DNA from: Chrysomallon squamiferum
Lineage: Eukaryota; Animalia; Mollusca
NCBI GenBank assembly: GCA_012295275.1
Contig: CM022679.1
Span: 21,328,001-21,392,000 of the forward strand
Direction of reading: 5' to 3'
Length of the DNA stretch: 64,000 nucleotides
Every line of letters starts with the position of its first letter. Positions within the stretch are counted from its first letter, which is position 1. Both the position numbers and the translations under genes were made by a program. Shown in pieces: positions 46,165 through 60,414 of this stretch. The notes below the pieces were generated by a model. It made no database searches. It worked only from the letters and a program-made list of their open reading frames with translations, and was not told where the DNA came from.

Positions 46165-49100
46165 TTTAGTGCCAAAGTATTAAGCTATATTATGACACGT
46201 TCTTTTAGTTTTGTTTATTTGCAATACAAATGTAAAAAACTGTAGAAATAGTAATAATAATGAGAATCAGTTATGATTTTATTACATTCACTTTTGTCAT
46301 TATTATTAATTTTTTAACCACAAAAGTGAATTAAAACTACTTTCAGTGAATGAATGGATGAAAGATTACATGAGAAAAAAGTATTGCTGTAATATCAGAC
46401 AACTTCCATTATATTTACAAAAACAAAAAAAAACACCTCTTATAGTGAAAGTGATGTTGGTTGTGCATAACTGTGTTCTTAATTAAATGCAGAATTTTAA
46501 AGTTTAAATTGATTTTTGTCTCGATCAGTGTATTTTTAAAATATTTTTTAATTTTGTATTACTTTTTTTTTTTTTTTTTTTTATGAAACCTTGCATAAGT
46601 ATTATTAAATATCCAATAATTTAGTAACAGAACCAATATAATTATTGTTTTGCTTCATTTTTATTCCATTTACGATACATATTATGGTGAAAAACAGGTA
46701 TTATTAATTTTCATTTGAGTAGAATGACCATATTTAGACATGGTAATCATTTTTATAGTTTACTTTTAATATTTTTATATAATCAAATTATAGGATAATA
46801 CTCACTATTATGTATTTTTTATGATTTAAATTTTGAATGCCAGTTTAATTAAAAATCATCAAAATGTTTTTGAGCAGCAAATAATTAACTACTAGCCATT
46901 TTATTAATATTCATAACATTTTATTACTTGCACATAAATTTAGCTTATATTGGATGACTGCATAATAATTATAATTTAGTTGCAATTAAAACTTTAAAAA
47001 AAAAAACTTTTTTTTTCTTTCTCAAATGTGTTTATTATTGCACATTTAATACTTAGTTGTAATTTTAAGTATTAATGTTAGTTCATAATCTTTAGTGTTT
47101 CCAGCAATTGCTCATTTCTTGTTTTTTAAATATGCAAGTCCTTAATGTGTTAGTCAATTTTATATATAAGAAAAATACACAACTATTAATATGTAGTTTA
47201 TAAACATTTTTTGCCTTTTTGTTTTGTATGATAAATGGAAGGCAGTTTTCGTAGTTGTTTCCCAATTTTAATATCTCAACTAATAATCCAGCAGAAAGCT
47301 TGAATTTCTTCAATTTTAAGAACATCAATCTGTATATTTTCAATTTTTTATTATTTTGAAAATGGTTTTAGTTCCTGTGTTTCTCACTTAGAAAACATTT
47401 GTTCCATTTCCTTGTTGCATCCTTGTTGAGTTATGACTGGATGCAAGTTGTTAGACTTTATAAATTTATGTTTTAATTCCAAAATTACCAAACTAAATAT
47501 ATTTTATATAAATTCATTTTTTATTTTTTATTTTATCCTTATTGTATGCTTGTTCAGCTGCATTTGCATTTTATATAGGACAGTTGTAAAATTCCATTTC
47601 ACTGTTAAATACTATCAAATACTGAATTTTCGAAAAAATCCAAATGCTGAAGTACAAAAATATCAGTTTATTTATTTTCATGTTTTTGAAAGGATATTAT
47701 TGCTTCCCTTTGTAACTGATAAAAAAATAAATTACTTATTAGCTACACAAAACAATGAATTCTTTAACAGTTGCACATTAATTTAGTAACTTAGAGATAA
47801 TATTAATGTTACTAATAATTAAAAAAGTTTTTTTTTTTTCCATCCAACACTAATTGATACAGTATTTATTTTTTATTATCATAAATTAAATGTAATCAGA
47901 ATGGTTTTCTTTATATTATGTGTTTTAAAATGGCAGTTTGTTTTTACATTATGTAGATGTTTCAAAACCAGTATTAATAAAACGTTCAGACTTATAAATA
48001 TACTGTACAAATGCCACTTGGGTTTGTTATTGTTAAACGTGTACTTTTTTTTATAGAATTTTATCAGTTTACAAATGTTTCCAAATTAGTAGTTTTCATT
48101 CTGTGTGTGCTAATTTGTTTGTTAATTATTTACCAAGTTTAAGATAAAGCAAACTTTATTTGAAATGTTTTAGCTGTCACTGTATTTAGCTAGCTTGTTA
48201 GAGCAGCATTTCTTTCTTTTTTTTAAATTTGTTTAGCTTGTTAATAAAATAAATTTTGTAAAAGACTCGTTTGTCTTTTGTTTGTTCTTTTTTAAGAAAT
48301 AAATAATTCATTCCTACAATTCACAGTAAACACTCATAATTTGAACCATTAAGAGCTCACCCCTGAAAAATGAAAATGAAATAAATTAAATAAATAATAA
48401 TGAAACATAAGTGGATTCTGAGATAATGAAGTTTTATTGAAAATGTGAACTGTTTTTCAATTTGTATGAACTAAACAAATTTCAACATTTTAAAAAAGGG
48501 TGGAGGGAATCACCTATTATTACTTGTCATTCATGCTAATGGCTGTGCTTATATATAAAAAAAAAAAATAAAATAAAAATACTGCCCAGTTAATTATTCT
48601 AAAATACAGAATATAGTATTGAAAATTACATTACTAATGTCCCAAAATTTTGTTAAAATCATTTAACTTTGAATGAAAATATTCAAAACCCCTTAGCATT
48701 ATACACTTATCACAAGTAATGTATTTTTTTATGTTTACTATCCTGTTTTTTATTTAATATTTTACAAATGTTTTTCAGAACAATGAAAAAAAATAAGAAA
48801 AAAGTCAAAACCAATAGCTGGGTGGAAAAAAAAAGCCACAAATTAGTTTTAACAAAGATTTACAAAATAATACTGGTAAACAAAAAGAAAACAATTTTTT
48901 AATCATTGATATTTACAATATTTATTTTCTATTTTAATTAATGTTAATAATTTTGTTATACAAACATGTTAAATACTTCAATGTTTTCTTTTCCAGTCTG
49001 AAACGTTGCACATACAAATAATTAAAAATAAAATTCAAATTTGCTGTTACTGTTTTCTTCTTTTACAGTTAACGTATAAAAACAATAATAATAATAATAA

Positions 49101-49577
49101 ATAAATGAAAAAAATAAAAATAATAATAAAATTTGTCTGCAAAGCTGACTTTAACATTCATGGTCAAAAGAGCAGATGGAAAAAAGATTAAGAAAGTTTA
49201 TATATATATATATATATAGACTGAACCTCAAATATGGCCATCTTTTCAAAAGAAAATTTTTAATTGTAAAGATAATTATTTTTCATTTTCAAATGATAGG
49301 AAGATTCAGCCAGTATCTGCCAACACACAAACAATCAGACATGTTTTACTGTTTATGTTTACCTATTGCTCTAATGCATGGGAAAAATAAATTGTATTAA
49401 ATAACATATAACAGGGTTTTTTTCTTCCTTAATCTGACCATATCTAATTCTAGAAGATTAATTCTGAAATTAAAAGATTGTTTTTTTTCTGAATGACTGT
49501 GAGATTTATATGGAGTGGATTGCATGCATTTACATAGATTACAAGACATTAACAGCTACAGGCAGACACAAAAAGAA

Positions 49578-49617
<40 letters not shown>

Positions 49618-51174
49618 TGCAACTCACACTGGATATTAAGACAGGAGTGCTTCGATGACTTCACAAGAATAAACACAAAAACGATAAAAGTTATTTTTCA
49701 AAATTAAAATACATATCCCAAATATTTAATTTTCAATGTCATTTTTTTCTTCTTTCAAATCACATTATTATACAATGATTTTGTTCAGTATATTAATGAA
49801 ATGGATAAATGTACACATGAAACTGCATTATGAAAACAAAATTTATGAAGACAGTTATAATTAATGATCCATGAAATGATGGGCTTTCTGTAATGAACTG
49901 AAAATGTCCAAATAATTCAATAATAAAATTTCCATTTAATTTTTAAAATAAATTAGATCGTCACTGTCTATTAATACTTTCAAAATTATGTAACAGTAAA
50001 TCAAAAGCGTCACTTCACTGTTAAGATTCATTTCAAAATCATCGCAGAAATTCCAAACAACAGAAATGAAGATGTAAACTAGAAATCAAACATTTACTTT
50101 GTGACATGTGACTGACAAGTATTCACAGAATGATTTAAACATGAAATCTAAGTACAGATATAAAACACAAAAACACTTTATTTCAGCATCCATTCAGCTT
50201 TGTCTTACATTTTCACAGCATCCATTTTGAATATTGTGCATGTCAGTATTCATTCCATCCAACAGCTGACTGATATCCGTCTAGTTCTATCTCACACGCT
50301 CTCTGTCTTGCTGAACATTAGTTGTCTTAATTTGGCCACATAACAGCATCATTCTGTTTCATGTCAAACTACCACAATCATTTCTTCTTTAAAAAAACAT
50401 TTAAAAATATATATATATATACAATAGCAAATAAACCAAAATAAATACATGGCATGGAAACAAACATAATAAATCAAATTTACGTACTGTGCAGAACATA
50501 CCAAAAACATTTTTAAAAAGTCTACTATGACCAACTGAAAAAACACTGTATTAATTAAAGAATTTTGTTTTAGTATTTTCGTAAACTCTTTCAAGCATAT
50601 AGGAATGATAACACAAGCTCTAGAAATTAATGTAAGTAATTTTTGAACATCATGTTTTTAGTTTTGGCAAGAAAAAAAAAAAATGCACACAATATGTATT
50701 CCTTCAGAATCAGGCAAAAGCAACACATTTATCATTTATATAGTAAATTTAAAGAAAAAAAATCAAATGCTGAAAATTCCCCTAAATAAATTAAACCAAA
50801 CTTCCATTTTAGTATGAAATGAAAAACTGTAAGTTACTCTTTATGTCTGAAACATATCCAATAACATAGAATTTATTATGTACACTGAAAAAAACAACTA
50901 TATTTTCATATCGGCAATTGTTTACACACATTAGTGGATTTTCAAGATATGCCCCAAATATCAAATCAATTAACAGTTTTAGATATTTATTTTGCCACAT
51001 AAGAAATCTATTTTCAACTTCAAATATATCATCAGCAAGAATTTGCCATGTAACCAGATTTATTCTCATTTTGAAACAGTTACAAACAAGAAGCTTTCTG
51101 CCAACTAACACTCTATATCCACACAATATTTCCAGCACCAATATGACAGAAACAACAATGACAGAGTTTTAGAT

Positions 51175-51479
51175 TTAGATTTTAACAGTAAAGGTAACCG
51201 GGCTGCTGGTACTGGCTGCTCCCAGTTTGAATAAAGCTTTGTGCAGGACTGGTAGCTGGATGTTTGAAGGTTCGGGTCCAAGAGAGGAAACTGGAACTTG
51301 TTTTCTCAACCTGCAATATTAACAACAATCCACATTACTCATTTATATCATATTATTATAATAATAATAATAATGAATATTACCTAAATTGTAATAGTAT
51401 TAAGATGGTATAATTTCAGTATTCACCATCTTGTTATAATTATGTTTATGACGTTTATTTTTAATTTATTTTTTTATTT

Positions 51480-51518
<39 letters not shown>

Positions 51519-54500
51519 TTTTTTTTTTTTTTTTTTTTCTCTTATTACTACAATACAAGTAACAAATTTTTACATTGGTTTACTGGTGTTTTCAAAGAAG
51601 CAGTAAGGAGGTATTTAACAACTCATTACAAAGAGCGAGATTTATCGACTTGTTTATCATGTGAGGCAGCCAGAGCAAAGAGATGGTGTAATAAAACAAT
51701 GTAATAAAATAACATTTATTAAAGGTTAGAAGCGATAAATATTTCTATCTGAAACAACAAAGGAATCAGAAGGCTTGTAAAATAATTGGATAAAAATGTA
51801 AATATGTTTTGTTAATATCAGAATTTAAGATTTCTCTTAAGAAAATAAGAAAGCAAAGCTTTTTTAATAATCATGTTTGCTTACTCAAGAGGTAACATGA
51901 AAGACTTTTCTTAACAAAATAAAGCTTTTTTAACTTAAAGAAATAGTTGAAACTATAAAATTAATGATAAATAATCAAGTTTGCTTACTTGAGAGGTCCA
52001 CTTTTAGGTACTGCTGGTGAGGCTTCATCATCACCCACAGGTTCAGTTACAGGTGAAGGTGAAGGAGCAGGAGCAGCTGTTTTTTTAACAGGTGTAGGGC
52101 TTGATGTTAACAGCTTAACTTTCATAACCTGGCCTGAAAAAAAATGAAGTGAAAATGATTTTGAAAATCACAAAATGCATAAAAAAAAAAAAAAATAATG
52201 ATAATAATAAAATAATATTAATAATATCTATAGTAGTAATAGCAGCAGTAACAGTAATAATAGTAATAAATAAAAATAAAGCCAAATATATTAAATTATC
52301 ACAACCCCATTTCTCCATTCAACTGTATTTCATAACTTTAACCAAATCTTGTTTATGTTTCACTCCAGATTGTTTTAAATAAAAATAATATTATCTCTAA
52401 GCTTTAGATTAAAATAACATTTAAAAAAATAAAAAATAATAATTATAATAATAACATATGACAGTCATGTTTAGAAATGGAATATCTTTTTCACTGGGGA
52501 CACTGAGGATTCATCCTGTGACATGAAGAAATGACTCAAACTAAGTTCTAGGATCTAGGACTAAATAAACTAAGTGGTCCTACCATCAAGTTCACGATTG
52601 TTGTATTTTACCACAGCCTTTTGTGCATCCTCCTTGTTTAGATAGACCACTTCAGCAATCCCCTGTTTTAACAGTTTTGCTTTTTTCAGTGCACCAATAG
52701 CTCCAAACAGCTCCTAAAAAGTAACCAGAAAACATTTAAGGAATCCACATTACAATAATAGATTTATATATAAAAGTTATCCTTTCCTATGTTTACACTT
52801 TATAAATAATCTTCTTTAAAAATAAAAATAAAAGTATCACATATTTGAAGTCGGAATGAAAGATTGGATGTACACACTACTTCATAACCTCCATCTCCTC
52901 CTCCAGTTATCACATATCCTAAGTAATCTGCTTGGAATAAAAAAAAAAAAAAAAAATTAAAAAACCACTTACAATGATATCATCCTGGTTTACTATGGGA
53001 TGCAGATTGGTTACGTAAACACGATATCCCTGCAGAGGATTAACAATATCAGCCACAGAGTCATCATCCTGAAATAAATAAATATAAAATACACGTGTGT
53101 GTGTGTGTGTCTACATTCTAATTGTTTTTGAATAAATGGAGATTATATTAATGTGTTGTATAATATTGTTTTTCTGTCAAGTAAATACTATGACAAAGAT
53201 GTGGAGCTGATAGCACAAATACCATAACTTCAAATTTTAGAATACTGAGAAATCTCTCCACTGGTCATTGGTTGAAAGCTTGCTTGTGTATGTATGTATG
53301 TGTGTGTGTGTGCATGTGCATTGGATTATTGTTACTACTATGCAAAGAAATTAATATCAAATTTCAATCAATTTATTTTATAATTTAACCATATTTTCAT
53401 TGAATAAATTCTTTCTCCAACATCTTTTATGCTTTAAAATGATTTTAATTCCAATCTAAAGATTAACAAAATAAACAGCCAAAATTATTTCATCAATGGT
53501 AAAAAACACTTCTCAGGATAAACATTTTTGTAAGATGTACCTGACTGAAGTTACTTTCTACTTTCACTATAGGCCTGGGTTTTGGGGTTTTTTAAATGCT
53601 GGTTTTAGCAAAACTGATTTCATTAATATTAAGAATTTCTCAGGAAAAATATAAATAAAAAGAAATTGAGAAAATAAACAGCAAAGATTATTCATCAATT
53701 GTAAAAAAAATCTTTTCAGGACAAATATTTTTAAAATGAGTACTTGACTGAAGTTACTTTCTACTTTCACTATAGGTCTGGGTTGCTTTTTTCTTTCTTT
53801 TTTAAATGCTGGTTACAGCAAAACTGATTTCATTAATATTAAAAATATTCGTTAAAAGAAAGATATACCTGACCGAGGTCACTTTCGACTTTGACCACTG
53901 GTTTGGTTTGTTTTTTCACCACTGGTTTCACACTGGTCACTGCTGGCTTGCTGATGCTTGAACTTCGCACAGTCGGGGTGTACGTGTCACTCCCTGTCTT
54001 CAGAAGTTTCAGAGGACCCGACGATACAGGCAGCACAGACTTACGCTTCAACTGAGAGCCAGCTGACTGAGTAACTGTCTTCTTGGAGATGGCTGGCGAA
54101 ATGGTTTCAGGTTTCATAAAGTTTGCTGTTCTCGTAATTTTCATTGTCATAGGAGATAGGTTTTTGCCTTCAAAACCATTAACATCATCATCATCATTGT
54201 TGTCATCATCATCATCATCACCCTTCCCCACTGTATCAGCAGCTTCCCCAAGGTAACTTCTGTACTGAGAGAAGTTTATTATGGTGGATTTGTTGGTAGT
54301 GGGCTTTGGACCAGAGGTCTGAAAATGTAATTAAATTATCTTGAATAATGCAGGGATCTTGTTTGTAAATGAATCAATCTAAATGAAAAATTGTTCAGCT
54401 ACTGCACAAAGCAGAAGTTATTATAATAATTTAAAATTTAGTTTGTTTTATGTAGGTAAATGAAATCAATTAAAATAGCTGCAAAATATTCATTTATTTT

Positions 54501-57327
54501 TTAACAATAACAATGCAAAATAAACAGGACATACATTTGTTAACATTAGGAATTGCTACTTGAATGGGAATGATTTAAGCTATCTACTAACAAAAAAATA
54601 ATTTTTCAAAAATAATAATTGTAAATTAAAAAATAATAATAATAATAAAATAAACAAATAATAATTAAAAAATATTCTAAAAATAGAGTTAATAATAAAG
54701 ATAGTAATATAAATGACCTCTATAGCCTCCACTCTCTTTGTCACTGTAACTGAACTGCCATCAAATGTGATGCTTGATGAAGGGATGCTCCTTGTCACCT
54801 GCAGTCCACTGTCAGTCATCTTGATACACGAACCATCACTTGTCACATTTGTCACCTGATGTTTACACATGTCATAATAAAATTCAATTTTTAATAACTT
54901 AGATTATAAAATTATATAAAAATTTATAATGAAATTAATTTATGTAGGAAGCCAGTAATAATAATAAAAGACTCAAAATAATTACTGTGTTTAAAAATAT
55001 CCGATTTTATATTTATTTATTTGGAAAATATTGATTCTGTAGGTTTTAAATAAATGTTGTTAATAATGTGTAAAAATGTAAATGGTATAAAAAGCAAACT
55101 TATTATTGACATTAAATTTGCATTAATTGTTTTAGTAACTCAAGTTAAAAAGGTCAATATAAAAATGTGACAACTTGTGCTGAAATCACACAGAGCTGCA
55201 TATACATGTAGGTTACAAGATGTGTTTTGACATTAAATAAAAACTTACTGTTTTTGTCAAAAGACCCGTGCCTTGATCAAAATTACTGCTGTTCACCTGA
55301 AATTAACAAGGTTGTATTTAATTTTAAACTTATTAAAGTAATTTAATTTAATCATTTAATAGTTTAATTTGTATCAAACTACAAGACTGCAGCGCAGTAT
55401 TGTTTCAAAAATGTATTTTACTTTTAACATCAATAACTGAACAGAAAAAACGTAAGAATAAAAGAGAAAAAAACAACTAACTAAAAAAGCAACAACACTA
55501 CAAGTGATTAATAAATTTAAATCATATAATCTAAAGATACTATTTATAAAATCAAAATGTCTAACCTATACCTTCATAGTGACAGTAGTGATCATGTTTA
55601 ATTACTTCACAGACTTATATTAAACCTCTGAAGATATGAATTTCAAAATAATTGAGTTATAAGTTGTAACTGACACAGACACACACCACAAAATTTAAAT
55701 TGTATATTTACCAGTATGTTTTGTGTGACTGGTTTAACATCACCAAAAGTTGCCACACTGACATGTGGTCCAGACAGAGTGCTACTCTCCATTTTCCCTC
55801 CCTTTGATGAAATCAGAGACCTCGCATCGAATGTCCCTTTCTGAATTTTAATTTTCAAGAGTTTATTTCTAGCATCATTTTCAGATGCGATGATTTTCTT
55901 GAAAGGTTTGTTAACCTGATTGACTGTATTAGTAGCACCTGGCGGGTTTACTTTAATGAACTGAAAATCTGGACCTAATGTATTCTGGGTATTTGCACCA
56001 GAGTTAAGTTTAACAGTATTTGTTCCAAAACCCATAATTTTTTGCCTAGCATCTACCAGTTTCTTTTGTTGCAGCTTCTGTCTGGCATCAAATGAAACTT
56101 TTGGTCCAAGTCTGAGACGAGCATCAAATGTTTTTACATTTCCAACACTCATAACAGCAAAATTTGTGTTAGGTTTGTTACTTGTGTTGCCATTAAAATT
56201 TCCACGATTTAATGTTTTTTGAAAACCACCTCGGGTAACTGTATTTCTTTGGAAACCACCCTGTGTAACTGTGTTTCTTTGGAAACCACCCTGTGCAACA
56301 GTGTTTCTTTGGAAACCACCTCGGGTCTTGTTTTGTTGAAAACCACCACGAATGTTATTTCTCTGGAAACCACCTCGTCCCCTGATGTTATTTCCAAACT
56401 TAACATTTCTAAAAAAAAATAAAAAATACAGATAAACATAATATCAAACTTTGAATGCATTACATTTAATAAAATGGAACTATTTACAGATATCTATTTC
56501 TAAAATTATATTTAACATTATATAAAAAAAAAATTTTGGTCATATATGAACATACTATTGTGAAGTATTATTATTATTTAACATATCATATTATGTATTT
56601 TCACATTTTTTGAATGTTAAAAACATCACTGCAATAAATTAGTTGTTAGTATAATATGTAGTATGTGTGATTTTTATGACCAAAGACAGTTTTTCTTGTT
56701 TATCACTTTATTTTTTATTTTTGATGCTAGTCCATTTATATGCAGCACACCATTTTAATGCAGCGTTTAACGGAAAGCAAATTTATGATTTTACTGCTGA
56801 AAAAGAAAAGCACTGTCAAATTATTCGTTTTGCAATATTCTTTAAAATAATTAAAGAAATTCTAATTTTTAGCCTTATGAGTTAATTTTCACTAACTCAG
56901 TATATTAATTTTAATTGAAAAATATTACATGATTCCTATAAAATAAAATAAAAAAGGGTAATCTCGATACTTTAAGTAGTTAAAAAATGTGGCTCCTAAA
57001 ACAAATATCCATATAGAGCTTTTGTTACGATTTCTGCTTTTGATACACACTTATAAAAAGGTCATATAAAACATACTCTGTAAGTGAAAGCTAAATTAAA
57101 ATAAATCATTAAATGACATGCAAAGCGAAACTGAAATTGTGTACAAACGATTCGTTATTAATCAATAATCAAGCACAGAATTAGCCTTGTGTTTGCAAGG
57201 ACATGTTATCTGATATTTGTTATTTAAATAAGAAACTTCTGTGAAATTTCGTAACTAACTTCATATTCAGCTGAACGCTAAACGTTCTTTTCTGACCAAT
57301 ATAGTCATCCAAACTGCAATCAACCAT
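51175..57327 (-). CDS. POLDIP3: Polymerase delta-interacting protein 3 (POLDIP3/SKAR), RRM protein, ~635 aa
   Basis: Exons 57327-57260, 56408-55712, 55296-55249, 54855-54718, 54318-53869, 53068-52973, 52713-52584, 52133-51989 and 51310-51175 total 1908 nt in frame. Features: N-terminal MVDCSLDDYI, repeated DAR motifs, RRM (PLQGYRVYVTNLHP.V.QDDIIELFGAIGALK...AEVVY...YNNRELDG) and C-terminal KALFK...PVTFTVKI. Confidence 0.93.
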
Positions 57328-57686
57328 GTTGCTTTATAACCGATAACACAAAATTGCTACGTGTGTCTTATTTCCATTACAAAGCATACTGCAGAATACC
57401 AGTCCATCGTTTTCTAGACTGTTCCTTTTCAGTTATTTAACAAGTCGAATTTTATAGGAAAAGCGTAACTATTCCCTATAACAGTATGTTCATCCGAAAG
57501 TTCTGTTGTAATGATATAGTATCGACTGAATCAGCTATCCTATACATTTAAAGAGCAACATTCTTTCGTTGAACATAATACATATATAATAATAATATAT
57601 AGACCTGCTTACCATTCGTTATGCTTGCTAGGCTTTGGAAGATATAAAACAAAAATAAAATAATGAGATAATACTGTATAGTTAAT

Positions 57687-57687
<1 letters not shown>

Positions 57688-57762
<75 letters not shown>
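57688..57762. repeat. (GA)n microsatellite
   Basis: Pure GA run. Confidence 0.95.
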
Positions 57763-57766
<4 letters not shown>

Positions 57767-57969
57767 TCAATAACTGTCTGACTTTTGGTTTGTTATGAAC
57801 AAATTTCAGATGTATTTTACTCAAAACATGAAAATTGTGATTTGGAGAAAGAAATTACGGGTCAACAAATAAAGAACCGTATATACTTGATTAAAACAGC
57901 TATGATGCTTAATTTGTGAACTAGATAGTGATAATATAAATAAATTCATAAATAAATATTTTTATACAG

Positions 57970-58001
<32 letters not shown>

Positions 58002-58547
58002 TTGAAATTGGAATTAACAGGTTGAAAATAAATCAGGTAGAATTGTTCAGTAAAGGTTCGTGTTTTTTTGTTCTTGTTTTCTTTCATTAACCGTGACTAT
58101 GGTTCTTGGAAGGCGGGTTTTTTTCCCCACCTCTTCTTCTTCTTCTCCATCTCATCATTATCGTCATCATCATAACCATCTATCTCATCATCCATATCAT
58201 CAACAACATCGATTTCTTCTGGCGAGAAGTGCCAGAGAGAAATGGTAGAGAGCTACCGCATAGTATTCAGAGTATCCTAAGTGAGCGCTGTAGAGATAAT
58301 AAATTCATCATAAATTTTTTATCACAGTAGGAAACTAATTTTTCTGTCCTCTTTCCTGAAAGTTAGCTTTATCATGACATTGGACAGCAGGCGGTATAAT
58401 GGCAATGTGACAAAAATAAAGTCTGAAAGATGGATGACTTCCCACCAAAACACCCTGCGACAATAATCTCTGTATACCAGACTGTATGTAAGCAGTCTGG
58501 ACAGGATTGTAGCATTTAAACAAAAAAAAAAAAAAACAAAAAAAAAT

Positions 58548-58597
<50 letters not shown>

Positions 58598-59164
58598 AGG
58601 TGATGGGTTCGAGGTGTGCGTATGCACCTGCTACATTCTGCCGAAGTCTGTCCGTGGATGTGTGAAGCAAATAAAAATAGACGATGTGAACTGCATGAAG
58701 TTTTTGCAGTTTTGAGTCCCATGCGCAGCAGACATGTGTTGTAAATGCAACGAACGTCGTTAATTTTCCCGCGGATCCGATCTGATATACAATTACTTCA
58801 TTATCGCCCTTACAGATTACTTTCCAGAATGCAGGAAAATGAATCTCCTGCATTCTTGATACAATGGTTTTTTTTTTTTTTTTTTTAAATCGGGGTTGGG
58901 ACATGCCCCCGGGCCCCCCTTAGCAACCCGATTACGCGTCCCTCCCATTAGCATAGACCAACAGGAACGATAACTCGTAACGGCACAAATTGCATCTGTT
59001 CAAACAGTGTTTCCTATTTAAATTTTAAAAAAATCATTGGCCCCAACGTATGTATGTATGTGTGTGTGTGTGTGTGCGTGTGCGCACGTGTGTCTATGTG
59101 TATGTATGTTTGTGCATAAATGTGTATTAACTTTGCACACAAATCAATTTGTTTCCCTTCCCTC

Positions 59165-59209
<45 letters not shown>

Positions 59210-59351
59210 TACTGCTACTATTACTACCACTACTGCTACTGTATATTAATATAAATATCTGGATTGCAGTAACGTGTCTTTAAATGTATCAAATTACGTT
59301 AAAAATATACAGCGGCGTTAAATTTCATAGTGTGTGTGTGTGTGTGCATGA

Positions 59352-59407
<56 letters not shown>

Positions 59408-60006
59408 TAGCACATGCTGCGATAATTTGTATAACGCATTTAGAAATAAAACCAATATTTAACTAGTCTTCGTCCACAGATTATTTATTTATTTATTGCG
59501 GTCAAAGAAATAAAGTAATAAACTAGATTTCCCGGATTTGTCGGCTCCTGGGTCGAATTAACTGAAGATATTATCTGTAACGACAGCGATGTCGCGCATG
59601 CTCGCAAACGGCAGCTGTCCGACTTGAAGGTGCTAAAAACATTAATCATTAAGCTGCACGATCCATCTGAAATAAAGGGCACCATTTGGTGGGTAGGCGA
59701 CAGGTAGCTGACATCTTTATTTGTGCAGTGAAACTTAGAAACGAAATTCACAAAACACTGCTAGCATGTTCAGGATGTATATTACAGCTAGAGGTTTGTG
59801 CGCATCAGTTCAAGCTCCAGAGAGGAGTGGTACCCAGTCCACCAGGAGCAGCACGTGCGTTCTCGCATGCACAAACCCAGAATTATGTTAATTTGTTGAC
59901 ATTATTCAGTAAATGAATAGAAGTAGCTGAATATCATTTAACTGTTCACAGACACAATTCAACATTGTTTTAAATGAATGAATAGATATATTTTTTATGA
60001 AAATCT

Positions 60007-60040
<34 letters not shown>

Positions 60041-60146
60041 ATACACTTCAACGGTAATAATCGAAAACAGCAGACATTAAATTACATGTTATCGCCCGTG
60101 TTAAATTAACAAAGACGTCACTTGACGCAAAACGAATTATCTGTTG

Positions 60147-60414
60147 CATTGGTTTTCAACCTTTTTCATACCGCGACCCCTTATGAGTAATTCAATATGA
60201 TCGATGACCCTTTAAACTGTTTGGTTCAATAATATCTAGGGTTATCATATTTTCATGAACCAAAGACAGTACAAAAGGAATCTATATTCAATATGACGGG
60301 TCCCAGACCTATCTATACGTTTTTATTTATTCCTCCTTCCAAGTCAAGTTGAAAAAAGCTAAAGCATAGACTCGCTCAAGAATGATCTCGCGACCCCCAG
60401 GTTGAAAGCCTAAC
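60147..60414. mobile_element. Non-autonomous hAT-type MITE (~265 bp)
   Basis: Terminal inverted repeats ggttttcaacct (60151-60162) and aggttgaaagcc (60399-60410) differ by 1 mismatch. Subterminal cgcgacccc motifs lie near both ends. No clear target-site duplication. Confidence 0.6.

Noticed and set aside
58335-58904. 189-aa minus-strand ORF
   Set aside because: It crosses (TA)n and homopolymer tracts, with no domain or splice structure.
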